From positions 2,016,001 through 2,080,000 of the forward strand of contig OY969811.1 in NCBI GenBank assembly GCA_963703315.1: 64,000 nt of DNA, given 5' to 3'. Positions 10,355 through 21,327 of the stretch are shown one piece after another (within the stretch, counting starts at the first letter, position 1; every line of letters begins with the position of its first letter). Source of the DNA: an uncultured cyanobacterium. GTDB lineage: Bacteria > Cyanobacteriota > Cyanobacteriia > Pseudanabaenales > Pseudanabaenaceae. Below the pieces are notes generated by a model. That model worked only from the letters and a program-made list of their open reading frames with translations, had not been told where the DNA came from and did no database searches. Both the position numbers and the translations under genes were made by a program.

Positions 10355-10843
10355 ATGTCTATAACAACTGAACAAGAGATCTTGCTTGTTGATCAAATCA
10401 ATCAGTCAAATGGTCATACAGTCGATACTGAAGGCTTACTCAATAACTATGCGATCGAGCCAGAGATGTATGAAGAAGATGGTGGTGCGGTATCAGAAGT
10501 AGCTAGTGATAGGGTCACTGTTGTCGATATTTTTGATTCTGAGACAGAAGCAAAGAACGCCATTCTGGAAATGGAACAGAAAGGTTTGCGTTCTAATCAG
10601 ATTTCTATAATTGCCAAAGATTATGAGAATTCTGAAAGCTCAATGAGTTGGCAGAAGATCTCAGTAGGTGGTGGATTGACAAAGGTTTTACAAGAATTAG
10701 GGATTAGCGATCGCGCCATATCCCAATTTGAAGAAGCGATCGCTGAGGGCAAGTTTTTAGTGATTGAGATTGGTAGCGATCGCGAAGCTAGTCAGGCACA
10801 GCACGTTTTAGAGAAATCTGGACATTCCTTGCAAGAAGTCTAA
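10355..10843 (+). CDS. General-stress-like protein with N-terminal 'LLNNYAIEPEMY' motif
   Basis: ATG 10355 after GGGAGA; C-terminal domain 'VVDIFDSETEAKNAILEMEQKGL..ISIIAKD' related to 173..760 and 11130..11627. Confidence 0.65.
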   Translation: MSITTEQEILLVDQINQSNGHTVDTEGLLNNYAIEPEMYEEDGGAVSEVASDRVTVVDIFDSETEAKNAILEMEQKGLRSNQISIIAKDYENSESSMSWQKISVGGGLTKVLQELGISDRAISQFEEAIAEGKFLVIEIGSDREASQAQHVLEKSGHSLQEV

Positions 10844-10938
10844 AAGTTGTGGCGCACGCTGCGCGTGCGCCACAACTTTATAAATCTGGTTTTTAATTCA
10901 CAAAAGTGTGACCACACTTTTGTGAATTGCTATTAATT

Positions 10939-11091
10939 ACTAATGTTACGTGGAATGAATATCGCCCTCACCCCCCCAGCCCCCTCTCCCATTAAGGGAG
11001 AGGGGGAGCAAGACTAGTTTCTTGTTCCCCTCTCCCCTTTTGGGAGAGGGGCTAGGGGTGAGGGTCTTGTAAGCTTCCACGTAACATCAGT
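10939..11091. mobile_element. MITE with TIR CT(A/G)ATGTTACGTGGAA enclosing CCCTCTCCC/GGGAGAGGG repeats
   Basis: ctaatgttacgtggaa (10940-10955) / ttccacgtaacatcag (11075-11090), one mismatch. Confidence 0.7.
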
Positions 11092-11129
11092 TAATTATTT
11101 AAAAAAGAAGTATTTAAAAATAAAAAATT

Positions 11130-11627
11130 ATGATGATTAGAACCGAGTATACGACTGTTGAGTTTGATAGTGTCAGTACAGTCTCAACACAGCATTTAGA
11201 CACAGAATATCAGTCTAAACCGCTAAAACGTGATGCGATCGCCCCACCCCCCCATTTAGCAGGTGGGAAGGTGATCTCTGAAGTGATTGGTTTGTTTACT
11301 ATTGTAGCTATATTTCCAAACAAGGCAGAAGCTAAAAATGCCATCTTGGAAATGAAAAGTCAAGGTTTAAGTTCTTCGCAGATTTTGATGATTGCGAAGG
11401 AGTATCAAGCCCACGAAAACTCGATAAATTGGGAATATATTGCTGCGGATGGCGGCTTGGTAATATTTTTAACACAGTTGGGCATTGGTGTTCACGATAC
11501 CTTTGAGTTTGTCAATGCCGTTGATAGTTGCCAGTTTTTAGTGGTAGCAATCATTACCGATCGCTCTGCAAGTCAAGCCCAACATATCTTAGAAGGCATT
11601 GGACGTAAAGTTGTCTCTGTTTATTAA
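11130..11627 (+). CDS. General-stress-like protein, paralog of 10355..10843
   Basis: Shared 'EAKNAILEM..GL...QI..IAK.Y...E.S..W..I...GGL...L..LGI' and 'DR.ASQAQH.LE'. Confidence 0.65.
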   Translation: MMIRTEYTTVEFDSVSTVSTQHLDTEYQSKPLKRDAIAPPPHLAGGKVISEVIGLFTIVAIFPNKAEAKNAILEMKSQGLSSSQILMIAKEYQAHENSINWEYIAADGGLVIFLTQLGIGVHDTFEFVNAVDSCQFLVVAIITDRSASQAQHILEGIGRKVVSVY

Positions 11628-11939
11628 TCTGTTTATTAAAAGGAGCGTGACAGCGCCCCTCGCCGCTACTCTCTTTGGGATTTTTCCTAATATCATGGTT
11701 TTAAAAGCTAAAAATGGCGTTGCCATTTTTAGCTTTTGTATTATTGCGTGAGAAAAGAGTATATTTTTTCAAAACAAACAAAAATAGCGGGTATTGCTAA
11801 TTATTAGTCAGCAATCCGCGCTATAGAGGAATTATCCGAGACATGGAACTACACTAGCGACAAACAACTCTGCCAACATCAGCTAAATTACTTAACTTTT
11901 ACCCCCTTTATTTCTTCCTTGCAAAGTGGGAAGACTAGA

Positions 11940-12075
11940 AATCTTGTTCCCTCCCCTTTGCAAGGGCTACTGTGTACACACAAACCATAAAACCCCCTTT
12001 AGTTCCCCCTTGCAAAGGGGGAAGATTAGAAATCTTGTTCCCTCCCCTTTGTAAGGGGAGGGCTAGGGAGGGGTT
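11940..12075. repeat. CCCCCTT/AAGGGGG-family palindromic repeat cluster
   Basis: 'aaatcttgttccctcccctttg' occurs twice, plus 'cccccttgcaaaggggg'; related copies at 22208-22290 and 24327-24408. Confidence 0.65.
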
Positions 12076-12206
12076 ATTAATGAGATTTTAATCGCCTTGT
12101 AGCATAAGAACAAGGGGCTTAAGCCCCTTGCCTGTCATCACAAAAGTGGCGATCGCTTTTGATCTGATAAAGTGAGGAATAATTTCGATGACAGTTGATA
12201 CGACTA

Positions 12207-14363
12207 ATGCAGAATCTTGAACAACTCATTGCCCAAGAACTTTCCCTACGTCCTGAACAAGTTAAAAATGCCTTAGAGCTATTTGCTGAAGGAGCTACGG
12301 TTCCCTTTGTGGCTCGCTATCGCAAAGAGCGGACAGGAGAAATGAACGAGATTCAACTTAGGGATTTGCAAGATCGTTATACTTATTTGACGGAGTTACG
12401 CGATCGCCAAGCGGTCATTTTGCAAGCGATCGCTGAACAAGGCAAACTCACCGATGAACTGAAAGCCAAAATCGAAGCTTGTCTGCAAAAGACAGAATTA
12501 GAAGACCTCTATTTGCCCTATCGTCCTAAGCGCAGAACTAGAGCCGCGATCGCTAGGGAAAAAGGACTAGAGCCGCTTGCTGAAGCCATCAAAGGATTTA
12601 ATCGTCCCAATATTAATACCAATATTAATACAGCATCATTAACTCAGGAAGCTGCTAAATATTTATCGGAACCAGTCAAAACCGTTGAAGAAGCTCTCAA
12701 AGGTGCATCGGATATTCTCGCTGAAGAAGTTGCCGAAAATGCGGAATATCGTGCCTATATTCGGGACTATTTGATGCATTCGGGTTTGTTTGTCTCGCAC
12801 ATTAAAGCGGCTCACCCTGTTGGTACAACTAAGTTTGAGATGTATCGTGACTATCAAATTAAAGTCAAAGCGATCGCTCCTCACAATTTGCTTGCCCTGC
12901 TGCGAGGAGAAACGGAAGAAATTCTCACGCTTACTCTCGATTTTGATGAAGAATATGTACTAACTTATCTGGAGTCACAACAAATTCGGGCAAAAAACCC
13001 AGCGATTAGAGTTTTTTATCAAGATATGCTCAAGGATGCTTTTAATCGTTTGATGAAGACTTCGGCGATCGCTTCTGTCATTTCTGAGAAGAAAGCTTGG
13101 GCAGATGGTGAGTCGATCAAAACCTTTGAAGCGAACTTGCGCGACTTGTTACTAGCGGCTCCCGCAGGGATGAAACCAACCCTCGCGATCGACCCCGGAT
13201 TTCGGACAGGATGCAAAACAGCCGTAATCAGTGAGACGGGCAAGTTTCTCGAATATCAAACCATCTTTCCGCATCAAGCAGTCGCCCAAAGAGAACAGTC
13301 AGCGCGAACCTTGAGAAGTCTGATTGAGAAATATCAAATCCAATTAATTGCGATCGGCAATGGTACGGCGGGGCGGGAAACGGATGCTTTTGTAATGGAA
13401 GTAATCCAAGGACTCGCCAAACCACCGATCAAAGTCATGGTTAACGAATCGGGAGCATCAATTTATTCCGCTAGTTCTGTGGCGATCGCCGAATTTCCTG
13501 ATTTAGATTTGACTGTACGCGGCGCGATCAGCATCGGGCGACGACTCCAAGATCCCCTTGCGGAATTGGTCAAAATCGATCCTAAGTCCATCGGTGTGGG
13601 ACAGTATCAGCATGATGTCGATCAGAAATTGCTGAAAAAGAAGCTAGAAGAAACCGTTGAAAGTTGCGTGAATTTTGTCGGTGTAGACCTAAATACAGCC
13701 TCTAAAGAATTACTCACTTTTGTCTCAGGACTTAGCCCCACTGTGGCGAATAACATCATCACCTATCGTAATCAAAATGGAACTTTTCGCGATCGCCGCC
13801 ATCTGCTAAAAGTCCCAAAATTAGGCGCAAAAGCCTTTGAACAAGCGGCAGGTTTTTTGCGAATTCGCGGCGGTGACAATCCCTTAGACAATACGGCGGT
13901 ACATCCAGAAAGTTACAAGGTTGTAGAGGCGATCGCCCGTGACTTAAATGTGCCATTATCGGAAATCTCCCAAGCCTCTGACCAGCTAAAAACGGTCAAC
14001 TTGCAGAAATATGTGACCGAAGCGATCGGTGAACTCACTTTGCGGGATATCTTGCGAGAATTAGAAAAACCAGGACGTGACCCCCGCGCCGAATTTAAAT
14101 ACGCTAATTTTAGCGATGCCATTCAAAAAATCTCTGATTTACAAGTGGGCATGGAGGTAGAGGGTATAATTACGAATGTAGCTAATTTTGGCGCATTTGT
14201 TGATATTGGAGTACATCAAGATGGATTAATCCATATTTCACAATTAGCTAATCGCTTCGTTAGCGATCCTAAGCAAATCGTCAAAGTCGGACAGGTGGTA
14301 AAAGTACGAGTTTTAGAAGTGAATGAAGCTCTAAAACGAATTAGTTTATCAATGAGGCTATAG
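12207..14363 (+). CDS. tex: Tex family RNA-binding transcriptional accessory protein
   Basis: 'EGATVPFVARYRKERTG', 'DPGFRTGCK', 'VNESGASIYSAS', 'KIDPKSIGVGQYQHD', C-terminal S1 domain; ATG at 12207. Confidence 0.95.
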   Translation: MQNLEQLIAQELSLRPEQVKNALELFAEGATVPFVARYRKERTGEMNEIQLRDLQDRYTYLTELRDRQAVILQAIAEQGKLTDELKAKIEACLQKTELEDLYLPYRPKRRTRAAIAREKGLEPLAEAIKGFNRPNINTNINTASLTQEAAKYLSEPVKTVEEALKGASDILAEEVAENAEYRAYIRDYLMHSGLFVSHIKAAHPVGTTKFEMYRDYQIKVKAIAPHNLLALLRGETEEILTLTLDFDEEYVLTYLESQQIRAKNPAIRVFYQDMLKDAFNRLMKTSAIASVISEKKAWADGESIKTFEANLRDLLLAAPAGMKPTLAIDPGFRTGCKTAVISETGKFLEYQTIFPHQAVAQREQSARTLRSLIEKYQIQLIAIGNGTAGRETDAFVMEVIQGLAKPPIKVMVNESGASIYSASSVAIAEFPDLDLTVRGAISIGRRLQDPLAELVKIDPKSIGVGQYQHDVDQKLLKKKLEETVESCVNFVGVDLNTASKELLTFVSGLSPTVANNIITYRNQNGTFRDRRHLLKVPKLGAKAFEQAAGFLRIRGGDNPLDNTAVHPESYKVVEAIARDLNVPLSEISQASDQLKTVNLQKYVTEAIGELTLRDILRELEKPGRDPRAEFKYANFSDAIQKISDLQVGMEVEGIITNVANFGAFVDIGVHQDGLIHISQLANRFVSDPKQIVKVGQVVKVRVLEVNEALKRISLSMRL

Positions 14364-14420
14364 GTTTGAGGAATTTGCTGGCTATGTAAGTTTCATTTAT
14401 TCTTGTTCTGGTTTAAGTTT

Positions 14421-17400
14421 ATGCAGAAACCTCAAATACCATCAAATGAAAGCGATCGCCAAGCGGCTCTTGATCGCTATAACGTTCTCGATACATTACC
14501 AGAGCAGGAATACGATGACTTGACTCAGCTAGCCGCCAGTATCTGTGGTACACCGATCGCTTTGATATCGTTAATTGATCGCGATCGGCAGTGGTTTAAG
14601 TCAAAGGTCGGCATTGACGCAGCAGAGACACCCCGCGATATTTCATTTTGTGGTCATGCAGTTGCCGAAGATGCATTGTTAAATGTCCCCGACGCGCTTC
14701 AAGATCCGCGTTTTGCTGACAATCCCTTAGTAGTTAACGATCCTAAGATTCGTTTCTATGCGGGTGTGCCTTTAATGACATCAGATAATTTTGCCTTAGG
14801 CACTTTATGTGTCATTGATAGCCAGCCACGGGACTTGACTCCTGCTCAGATTCAACAACTTGAATCCCTGAGTCGTCTGGTAATCAGCCAGTTAGAATTA
14901 CGGCGTAACAATAAAGCAGCGAATCTTCTTGTGTCCGTTCTTGAATCATCCAAGAAAGTATCGATACTGCAACAAGCAATCTTAGATAGCGTTAATTTGG
15001 GGATTATTGCTACTGACGTGCAAGGTATAATTCAATCCTTCAACTCAGGCGCAGAAGCAATGTTGGGGTATGAGGCATCGGAAGTCATTGGTCACAATCC
15101 TGCCATTTTCCATGATATTAATGAAATCGTTGAGAGTTCCATTCAATTATCAGCCGAATTAAACCAAACTATTGAAGCTGGTTTTGAGGTGTTTGTCGCT
15201 AAGGCAAAGTTAGGACAAGTATTTGAAAGAGAATGGACTTACATTTGTAAAAATGGCGATCGCATTCCTGTTTTGCTATCAGTTACAGCTATTCGTAATG
15301 AGCATAAAGAGATTACAGGATTTCTAGGAGTCGCCAAAGATATTACTTCGCAAAAGGAGGCTGAACGCGATCGCCTACGCCGTCGCCAGACCGACAAATT
15401 AGTAACTGCCCAAAATCAAATCGCACTAGTTCTTGCGGAATCATCGAGCTTTAGTAGTGCAGCCATTAGGATTTTACGCACACTATGTGAACAGTTGTCT
15501 TGGGATATTGCCGAACTATGGCTGACCAGTAGTTATCCTCGCAACTTAACGCTCATGACCAGTTATGCTAAACCCATAATTGATGCAGTAGAGCTAATTC
15601 AGACTCATCAAATCATGTCCATTGAATATGGTTCTGGTTTGATTGGCTCCGTGTGGTCAGAGGGAAGCGCTAAATATGTGGAGATTGACCAATATCCTAA
15701 TTTTTATAAATCGGAAGTTGTCAAAAAAGTAGGAATCAACTATGCGTTAAGTTTCCCTGTATATGGGGAAAACGAGGCGATTTTGGCAGTGATTACGATG
15801 TTTAGTCGTCAGTACCATAACTCTAGTCCTGAACTACTCAGTGTGGTGTCAGCGATCGGTCGGCAGATCGGACAGTTCATGGAAAAGCGCAAAATCGAAA
15901 GAGATCTGCACAAACAAAATTGGCGATCGCTTTTGCTTTCTGACATCGCCCTGCGGATTCGCCAGTCTCTCAATCTCACCGAAATCCTCAATACATCCGT
16001 GAATGAAATTCGCAAATTTATTAGAGCCGATCGCGTTCTCATTTACCGATTTCATCCCGACTGGACTGGAGCGGTAGAAGTAGAATCGATTAATTCTAAA
16101 TGGCGTTCCACTCTAAATACGGACATTCAAGATAATTGTTTTCAATCAGAATATTGGCAAGTCTATCAAAAAGGACGAAAACTAACAATCGATAATGTTG
16201 CTGAGTCTAATCTTAGTGAATGTCATAAAAAACTTTTGACGAGTTTCCAAGTCCAAGCAAATCTCGTTGTTCCCATCCTCGAAAATGAGCAGCTATGGGG
16301 ATTATTAATCGCTCACCAATGTTCAGCGCCCAGACATTGGGAATCCTTTGAAGTTAATCTGTTGAGTCAACTTGCTGACCAAATTGGCATCGCGATCGCC
16401 CAGTCACGATTGCTTGCCCAAGAAAAAGAACAACTCAAACTTTTACAAGAACAAAATGTAGCTTTAGAGATTGCTCGTGCGGAGGCAGAACAAGCAGCGA
16501 TCGCTAAGAGTTCTTTCCTAGCAATGATGAGCCATGAAATTCGCACGCCGATGAATGCCGTGATTGGGATGACAGGATTGTTATTAGACACAACTTTAAA
16601 TGATCAACAAAAGGACTTTGCTCAAACTATCCGCAGTAGTGGCGACCATTTGCTAAATCTCATTAACGAAATTCTCGATTTCTCCAAATTAGAAGCAGGG
16701 GAAATGTTGTTGGAGAATCTAGAATTTGATTTAGAAGTGAGCATCGAAGAAGTCGCCGAAATTTTAGCTGCAACTGCCCAAACCAAAGGGCTAGAGCTAA
16801 TTACATTTATTCATGATGATGTTCCTAAGGGTCTACAGGGAGATATCGGTCGCCTGCGTCAGGTTCTCTTAAATTTAGTCAATAACGCGATCAAATTTAC
16901 AGCGACAGGGGAAGTAACTATCGAAGTTAGTCTAGTCTCAGAAGATGCGATCGCCGCAGTGCTACGTTTTTCTGTAATCGATACAGGTATAGGTGTTCCC
17001 GAAGCAGCGCAGTCAAAATTATTTCAGCCTTTCACCCAAGTTGACGCTTCGACTACACGTAAATATGGGGGGACAGGTTTGGGACTAGCGATCTGTAAGC
17101 AAATTGTGGAGTTAATGGGTGGCAAAATCTATTTAGAAAGCAAAGAAAATCATGGATCAACCTTTTGGTTTGAACTTCCCTTTGAAAAACAATCTCATTC
17201 TCCCACTCATAACATTGGTGTTGATACGTTACGAGGAGTTAGGGTTCTAGTTGTAGATGATAGTACGACTAACTGTCGGATTCTCGAGCATCAACTCGGT
17301 GCTTGGGAAATGCGAGTTGATACCGTTGAACATTCTCTTGATGCAATGTCTTACCTCTATCGAGCCATTGAAATGGGAGATCCCTATCAACTGGCAGTGC

Positions 17401-18566
17401 TAGATATGCAAATGCCCGATCTTGACGGCGAGAGCTTGGGCAAACAAATTAAAGAATCCCCAATCCTCCAGAATACGCATCTAATTATGTTGACTTCGCT
17501 CGACCAAAACGGTGCAGCGCAACGGATGCTGGAAATTGGTTTTACCTACTACCTGCGAAAACCAGTAAGGAAAATGCGTCTGTTAAGCTGTATCATTGAC
17601 GCGCTCACAGGCATTCGTCAAAATCTATTTGGGAATAAGAAAAAGCAAGATGCGTCAGTAGATTTACCTTCTCTTGTACCATCGAAGCTAAAAATCTTGT
17701 TGGCAGAAGATAGTCCCATCAATCAAAAAGTAGCACTCAATCAACTAGCCAATTTGGGCTATCATGGCGATGTAGCAGGGAATGGTAAAGAAGTTCTAGA
17801 AATGCTTGTCCAGATTCCCTATGACATTATTTTGATGGATTGCCAGATGCCAATCTTAGATGGCTATGAAACTAGTCGCCGTATTCGGTCTTTGGAGACA
17901 GAAACTAAAAAAGCTGGTTCTGCACAGGTGATTATCATTGCGCTCACTGCCAATGCGATGAAAGAAGACCGCGATCGCTGTTTGGCTTCAGGGATGGATG
18001 ACTATCTCAGTAAACCAATTCGGAAAGAAGATTTAGGAAATAAACTTGCCTATTGGTATGAAATTCTAGCCGCGCGAGAACAGCAACAACAGCAGGAGCA
18101 TAAATTACAATCTGATGCGACTATCAGCGATTCCTTGTCTTCTGAAGTAATCGCTGGAGTTTCAATAGATGATTCTGGAAAATCCAATCAAAAATCTGGA
18201 GATGAATCTGAGTATCAAGATATTAGCGAACTGGAAATTGACTGGCAATATTTAGAAGAAATGTCGAGCGGTAATGCTGAATTTAAGCAAGAACTATTAG
18301 GAGCATTTTTAGAATCATTGCCTGAACATATAGAAACTCTCAAAATTGCCGTTTCTCAACAGATGTACATTGACGTAGAACGTGAGGCACATTTTATTAA
18401 GGGATCGAGCGCAACGATTGGGATTGTCGGAATTGCCAAAATTGCTGATCTGTTAGAGAGTCAGGTCAGAAACAAACAATTACCCGCAAATGCTTCAGTT
18501 CTGATTCAGAAAATAAGTAATGGTGTAGAGCATATTCAAGGCTTGATTCAAGCTATAGGATCATAA
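14421..18566 (+). CDS. Hybrid sensor kinase GAF-PAS-GAF-GAF(CBCR)-HisKA-HATPase-REC-REC-Hpt
   Basis: 'SFCGHA' GAF, PAS, CBCR GAF with 'QDNCF' and 'ECH', H-box '[10 protein letters not shown]', G-boxes, two receivers, Hpt 'AHFIKGSS'. Confidence 0.9.
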   Translation: MQKPQIPSNESDRQAALDRYNVLDTLPEQEYDDLTQLAASICGTPIALISLIDRDRQWFKSKVGIDAAETPRDISFCGHAVAEDALLNVPDALQDPRFADNPLVVNDPKIRFYAGVPLMTSDNFALGTLCVIDSQPRDLTPAQIQQLESLSRLVISQLELRRNNKAANLLVSVLESSKKVSILQQAILDSVNLGIIATDVQGIIQSFNSGAEAMLGYEASEVIGHNPAIFHDINEIVESSIQLSAELNQTIEAGFEVFVAKAKLGQVFEREWTYICKNGDRIPVLLSVTAIRNEHKEITGFLGVAKDITSQKEAERDRLRRRQTDKLVTAQNQIALVLAESSSFSSAAIRILRTLCEQLSWDIAELWLTSSYPRNLTLMTSYAKPIIDAVELIQTHQIMSIEYGSGLIGSVWSEGSAKYVEIDQYPNFYKSEVVKKVGINYALSFPVYGENEAILAVITMFSRQYHNSSPELLSVVSAIGRQIGQFMEKRKIERDLHKQNWRSLLLSDIALRIRQSLNLTEILNTSVNEIRKFIRADRVLIYRFHPDWTGAVEVESINSKWRSTLNTDIQDNCFQSEYWQVYQKGRKLTIDNVAESNLSECHKKLLTSFQVQANLVVPILENEQLWGLLIAHQCSAPRHWESFEVNLLSQLADQIGIAIAQSRLLAQEKEQLKLLQEQNVALEIARAEAEQAAIAKSSFLAMMSHEIRTPMNAVIGMTGLLLDTTLNDQQKDFAQTIRSSGDHLLNLINEILDFSKLEAGEMLLENLEFDLEVSIEEVAEILAATAQTKGLELITFIHDDVPKGLQGDIGRLRQVLLNLVNNAIKFTATGEVTIEVSLVSEDAIAAVLRFSVIDTGIGVPEAAQSKLFQPFTQVDASTTRKYGGTGLGLAICKQIVELMGGKIYLESKENHGSTFWFELPFEKQSHSPTHNIGVDTLRGVRVLVVDDSTTNCRILEHQLGAWEMRVDTVEHSLDAMSYLYRAIEMGDPYQLAVLDMQMPDLDGESLGKQIKESPILQNTHLIMLTSLDQNGAAQRMLEIGFTYYLRKPVRKMRLLSCIIDALTGIRQNLFGNKKKQDASVDLPSLVPSKLKILLAEDSPINQKVALNQLANLGYHGDVAGNGKEVLEMLVQIPYDIILMDCQMPILDGYETSRRIRSLETETKKAGSAQVIIIALTANAMKEDRDRCLASGMDDYLSKPIRKEDLGNKLAYWYEILAAREQQQQQEHKLQSDATISDSLSSEVIAGVSIDDSGKSNQKSGDESEYQDISELEIDWQYLEEMSSGNAEFKQELLGAFLESLPEHIETLKIAVSQQMYIDVEREAHFIKGSSATIGIVGIAKIADLLESQVRNKQLPANASVLIQKISNGVEHIQGLIQAIGS

Positions 18567-18967
18567 TGCTTGATGATTAACATACAATTGCGATCGCCTA
18601 TACGTTCATAACTAAATACATCAACAATTTGATGGATCAAGTCTAAACCTCGTCCCCCCAATGCATTAATATCGATATCATCAAGACTAGAGAGTTTACT
18701 GGATAAATCAAATCCAGATCCAAAATCAAAGACTTTCACTTCTAGAGTATTTTCAGTTAATGTTGCCTCAAGATTAATGACAGTTTCCTGCGGCATATCT
18801 TTATGGGCATGGCGAACCGCGTTTGTAAAAACTTCAGCCAAAGCAGTTTTGCAACCCAACCAATCACTCTTAGACATTGTATCGTGGTGAATCTGCTCAA
18901 ACCAATCTAATACTGTGGTGAGTTCATTCAGATCAGTATTAACTTGTATCGCGATCGCTTGAACCAC
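18548..18967 (-). CDS. RsbW-like anti-sigma factor / HATPase_c Ser kinase
   Basis: '[14 protein letters not shown]', 'VFDFGSGFD', 'GGRGLDLI'. Confidence 0.85.
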   Translation of the reverse strand: MVQAIAIQVNTDLNELTTVLDWFEQIHHDTMSKSDWLGCKTALAEVFTNAVRHAHKDMPQETVINLEATLTENTLEVKVFDFGSGFDLSSKLSSLDDIDINALGGRGLDLIHQIVDVFSYERIGDRNCMLIIKHYDPIA

Positions 18968-19039
18968 AGGAAACCTGCCAAAATATATACTAGTTGATGC
19001 AAATTATATAACTCTTCACGATCTTAATTTCTTGAAAAC

Positions 19040-19143
19040 TAAGTAGCTGGGCGCAATTAAATATAAAACCCTAAAAACTGTGGCGCACGCGCAGCGTGCG
19101 CTACAGTTTTTTGCGCTGGTTTTTAATTATGTCCAGCTACTTA
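19040..19143. repeat. TAAGTAGCT...AGCTACTTA-bounded REP/MITE-like element with central hairpin
   Basis: Inverted termini and central GCACGC-GCA-GCGTGC hairpin; related copies at 3776-3878 and ~78-175. Confidence 0.65.
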
Positions 19144-19269
19144 TAGCAATAATTGAGTGAATTAGGAAAAGATTGACGAAGCGCTGCTATCAATCTTTTG
19201 GGTTAAGAAAAAGCTTTTACCTAAAGTATTTTTACAAGCGATACCGCATTCCTAATATGCTTTTGGGAA

Positions 19270-20181
19270 CTAAGGATTGCAATAGGAGCAGTACATAGGA
19301 TCGGCTTGCATTCCATTTGGGAATAGTTGCTCCTGCCGAAACTTACAGCGATCGCAACCATATACATGAATGCGACTAAATTGGGTAGGAAGCCCACACA
19401 GGTTACAAGGCAAACCTTTAATTTTTTCTATTACGTCGAAATTGACAAAATTACAATTTGGGCAGAGTTGTTGCAATTTACGAACTAAATCTTCGGTAGC
19501 TTTAACAATATTTTTCATGCGCGTGGGATTGTAGAGCGCTCGCATATCTGTCTCGATCTGGATTTGAGGCGATCGCTGCAACATTTCATAGACAGATTCT
19601 TTGAGCAAACTTTCTGAAGTGATACCTTTATAAATGGTCTCCTTTGCTGAGATTTGAGCGTCTTGCCTCAGCACGATCGCATGATCAGGAAAGCCCACTT
19701 TCAGTGCAAATTCATAGGCTTGCTCATAGCTAGAAATGATCTGATGGCGAAAGTTCGTATCAGGAGAAAGAGATTCTCCGTAAACAGTGAAATTATGTTT
19801 TTGATCTAGTAATAATACAATTTCGCGATTGAAAGGAATACCTAACATCGGATGTGGGAAAAAGCTACCTTCACTAGCGATCGCTAAATCAGCATCGGCT
19901 AGACTCAAAGCATTCTCTGCCTTGAGCCTAGCCGTATCAATCTGATTAGCAGGGCGCTCAATGTCGCGGGTAAATGTGCCAAAGCGATCGCTATCAAAAT
20001 CTTGAGGTACGGTAACTCTCATGCCCAATGATGTTTGTAAGACTGGCGCGATCGCTAATTCCTTGCGATGCATGGTCGCGATTACCACTAGGCGATCGCT
20101 AAACTCGACAAGGTTATCTTGCCCTCTCATTTCATTAATAGAAGATTTCTGAAAGGCGACTTTTTGATCTTTAATAGACAT
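19270..20181 (-). CDS. DUF6671-like protein with C-terminal Cys-rich (Zn-binding) region
   Basis: 'ATMHRKE', 'DRFGTFTRDIER', 'ASEGSFFPHP', 'ETDMRALYNPTRM', four CxxC pairs. Confidence 0.6.
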   Translation of the reverse strand: MSIKDQKVAFQKSSINEMRGQDNLVEFSDRLVVIATMHRKELAIAPVLQTSLGMRVTVPQDFDSDRFGTFTRDIERPANQIDTARLKAENALSLADADLAIASEGSFFPHPMLGIPFNREIVLLLDQKHNFTVYGESLSPDTNFRHQIISSYEQAYEFALKVGFPDHAIVLRQDAQISAKETIYKGITSESLLKESVYEMLQRSPQIQIETDMRALYNPTRMKNIVKATEDLVRKLQQLCPNCNFVNFDVIEKIKGLPCNLCGLPTQFSRIHVYGCDRCKFRQEQLFPNGMQADPMYCSYCNP

Positions 20182-21049
20182 TTAGATTATAAATACGCTG
20201 TTTGCCAGATGGTGATTCAACAACTACCTGAATTTCACTTCTGTAGATTGAATTAGTTATTAGTTCTAATCTAAATTGACCATTGCGATCAACATTTTGT
20301 TCGACTCCATCAACTGATACTGTATTTGCAAAATCAACTTTGCCTACCAAAACCACTTGACGACCATTGTATTCAAAGAGTTTTAAAAATTCGTAATCTA
20401 ATTCACCATTATCTTTAATTGGGACAGGTTGTGAAGGCGGTTCACCTAAAATTGTCTGATTTTGGAATCCTTTTTCAACCAATACTCCAACATTTTGTGC
20501 TTCTGTCTGTACTGCTCCATCAAATGTAGCAACTACGGATCGACTATCATTTTTGACAGAGACAATGTAATCTGTACCACGAACCCCTGCAACAACGCCT
20601 GGAGTTACAACATTAAAAATTGAACTAGGATTGCTAAACTTTCTAACTTGTAAGCGTACTTTCCCTTTCGGTATCAGTAAACTGGTAACTCTTCCATTAC
20701 TGCTAGTAACTTGTAAAGAATTAATACGGACAACTGTGTTCTCCGAAACACTTACAGAGCCAATACCTGTATCGATGTTGAGCAAGGCTGTCGATCCTTT
20801 ACCTGTAACGATCTCATCACCAACATTTGATATGATATCCCCTCTTTTAGCAGATCTATTTGCATTTTGAGAATTAATAGATACGTTGCCAGTCACTCGT
20901 TCGACTTGCAAGTAGCGGCTTTTTGTTATTTGTAGTTGTGATTGAGCATTGCTCAATTCAGCTTTTCCAAATATTAACAATAGACTCCCCAGACTAGCAC
21001 GCCAAAACAAACGAAAAAGATATTTCCCAGAAAAAAATTGATACATCAT
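20171..21049 (-). CDS. FecR-domain secreted protein
   Basis: Signal peptide, 'GDEIVTGKGSTALL', 'VTPGVVAGVRGTDY' FecR motif. Confidence 0.8.
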   Translation of the reverse strand: MMYQFFSGKYLFRLFWRASLGSLLLIFGKAELSNAQSQLQITKSRYLQVERVTGNVSINSQNANRSAKRGDIISNVGDEIVTGKGSTALLNIDTGIGSVSVSENTVVRINSLQVTSSNGRVTSLLIPKGKVRLQVRKFSNPSSIFNVVTPGVVAGVRGTDYIVSVKNDSRSVVATFDGAVQTEAQNVGVLVEKGFQNQTILGEPPSQPVPIKDNGELDYEFLKLFEYNGRQVVLVGKVDFANTVSVDGVEQNVDRNGQFRLELITNSIYRSEIQVVVESPSGKQRIYNLNVY

Positions 21050-21327
21050 ACTAGTTATTATTTAGGCTCAAACCCCGATCTTAATACATCTAGACCTACC
21101 CATGTCGATCTACCACCCAGTAAAACTGTAGTATATCTTGAGAATACCGTTAATCTGTGCTTTTGTCTTTAAGTCATTCTGCTTGTTAATCCAATTTTGA
21201 TTAAGATTGTCGATAGCTTAGATAATTATCGTAATTTCAATAGGGTAATTTTCAAACTCAAATAGAAGCTCCTAACTCTTTCACTGAAAGAATTAGGAGC
21301 TTCTATTTGAGTTAGGAGAAGAAATTC

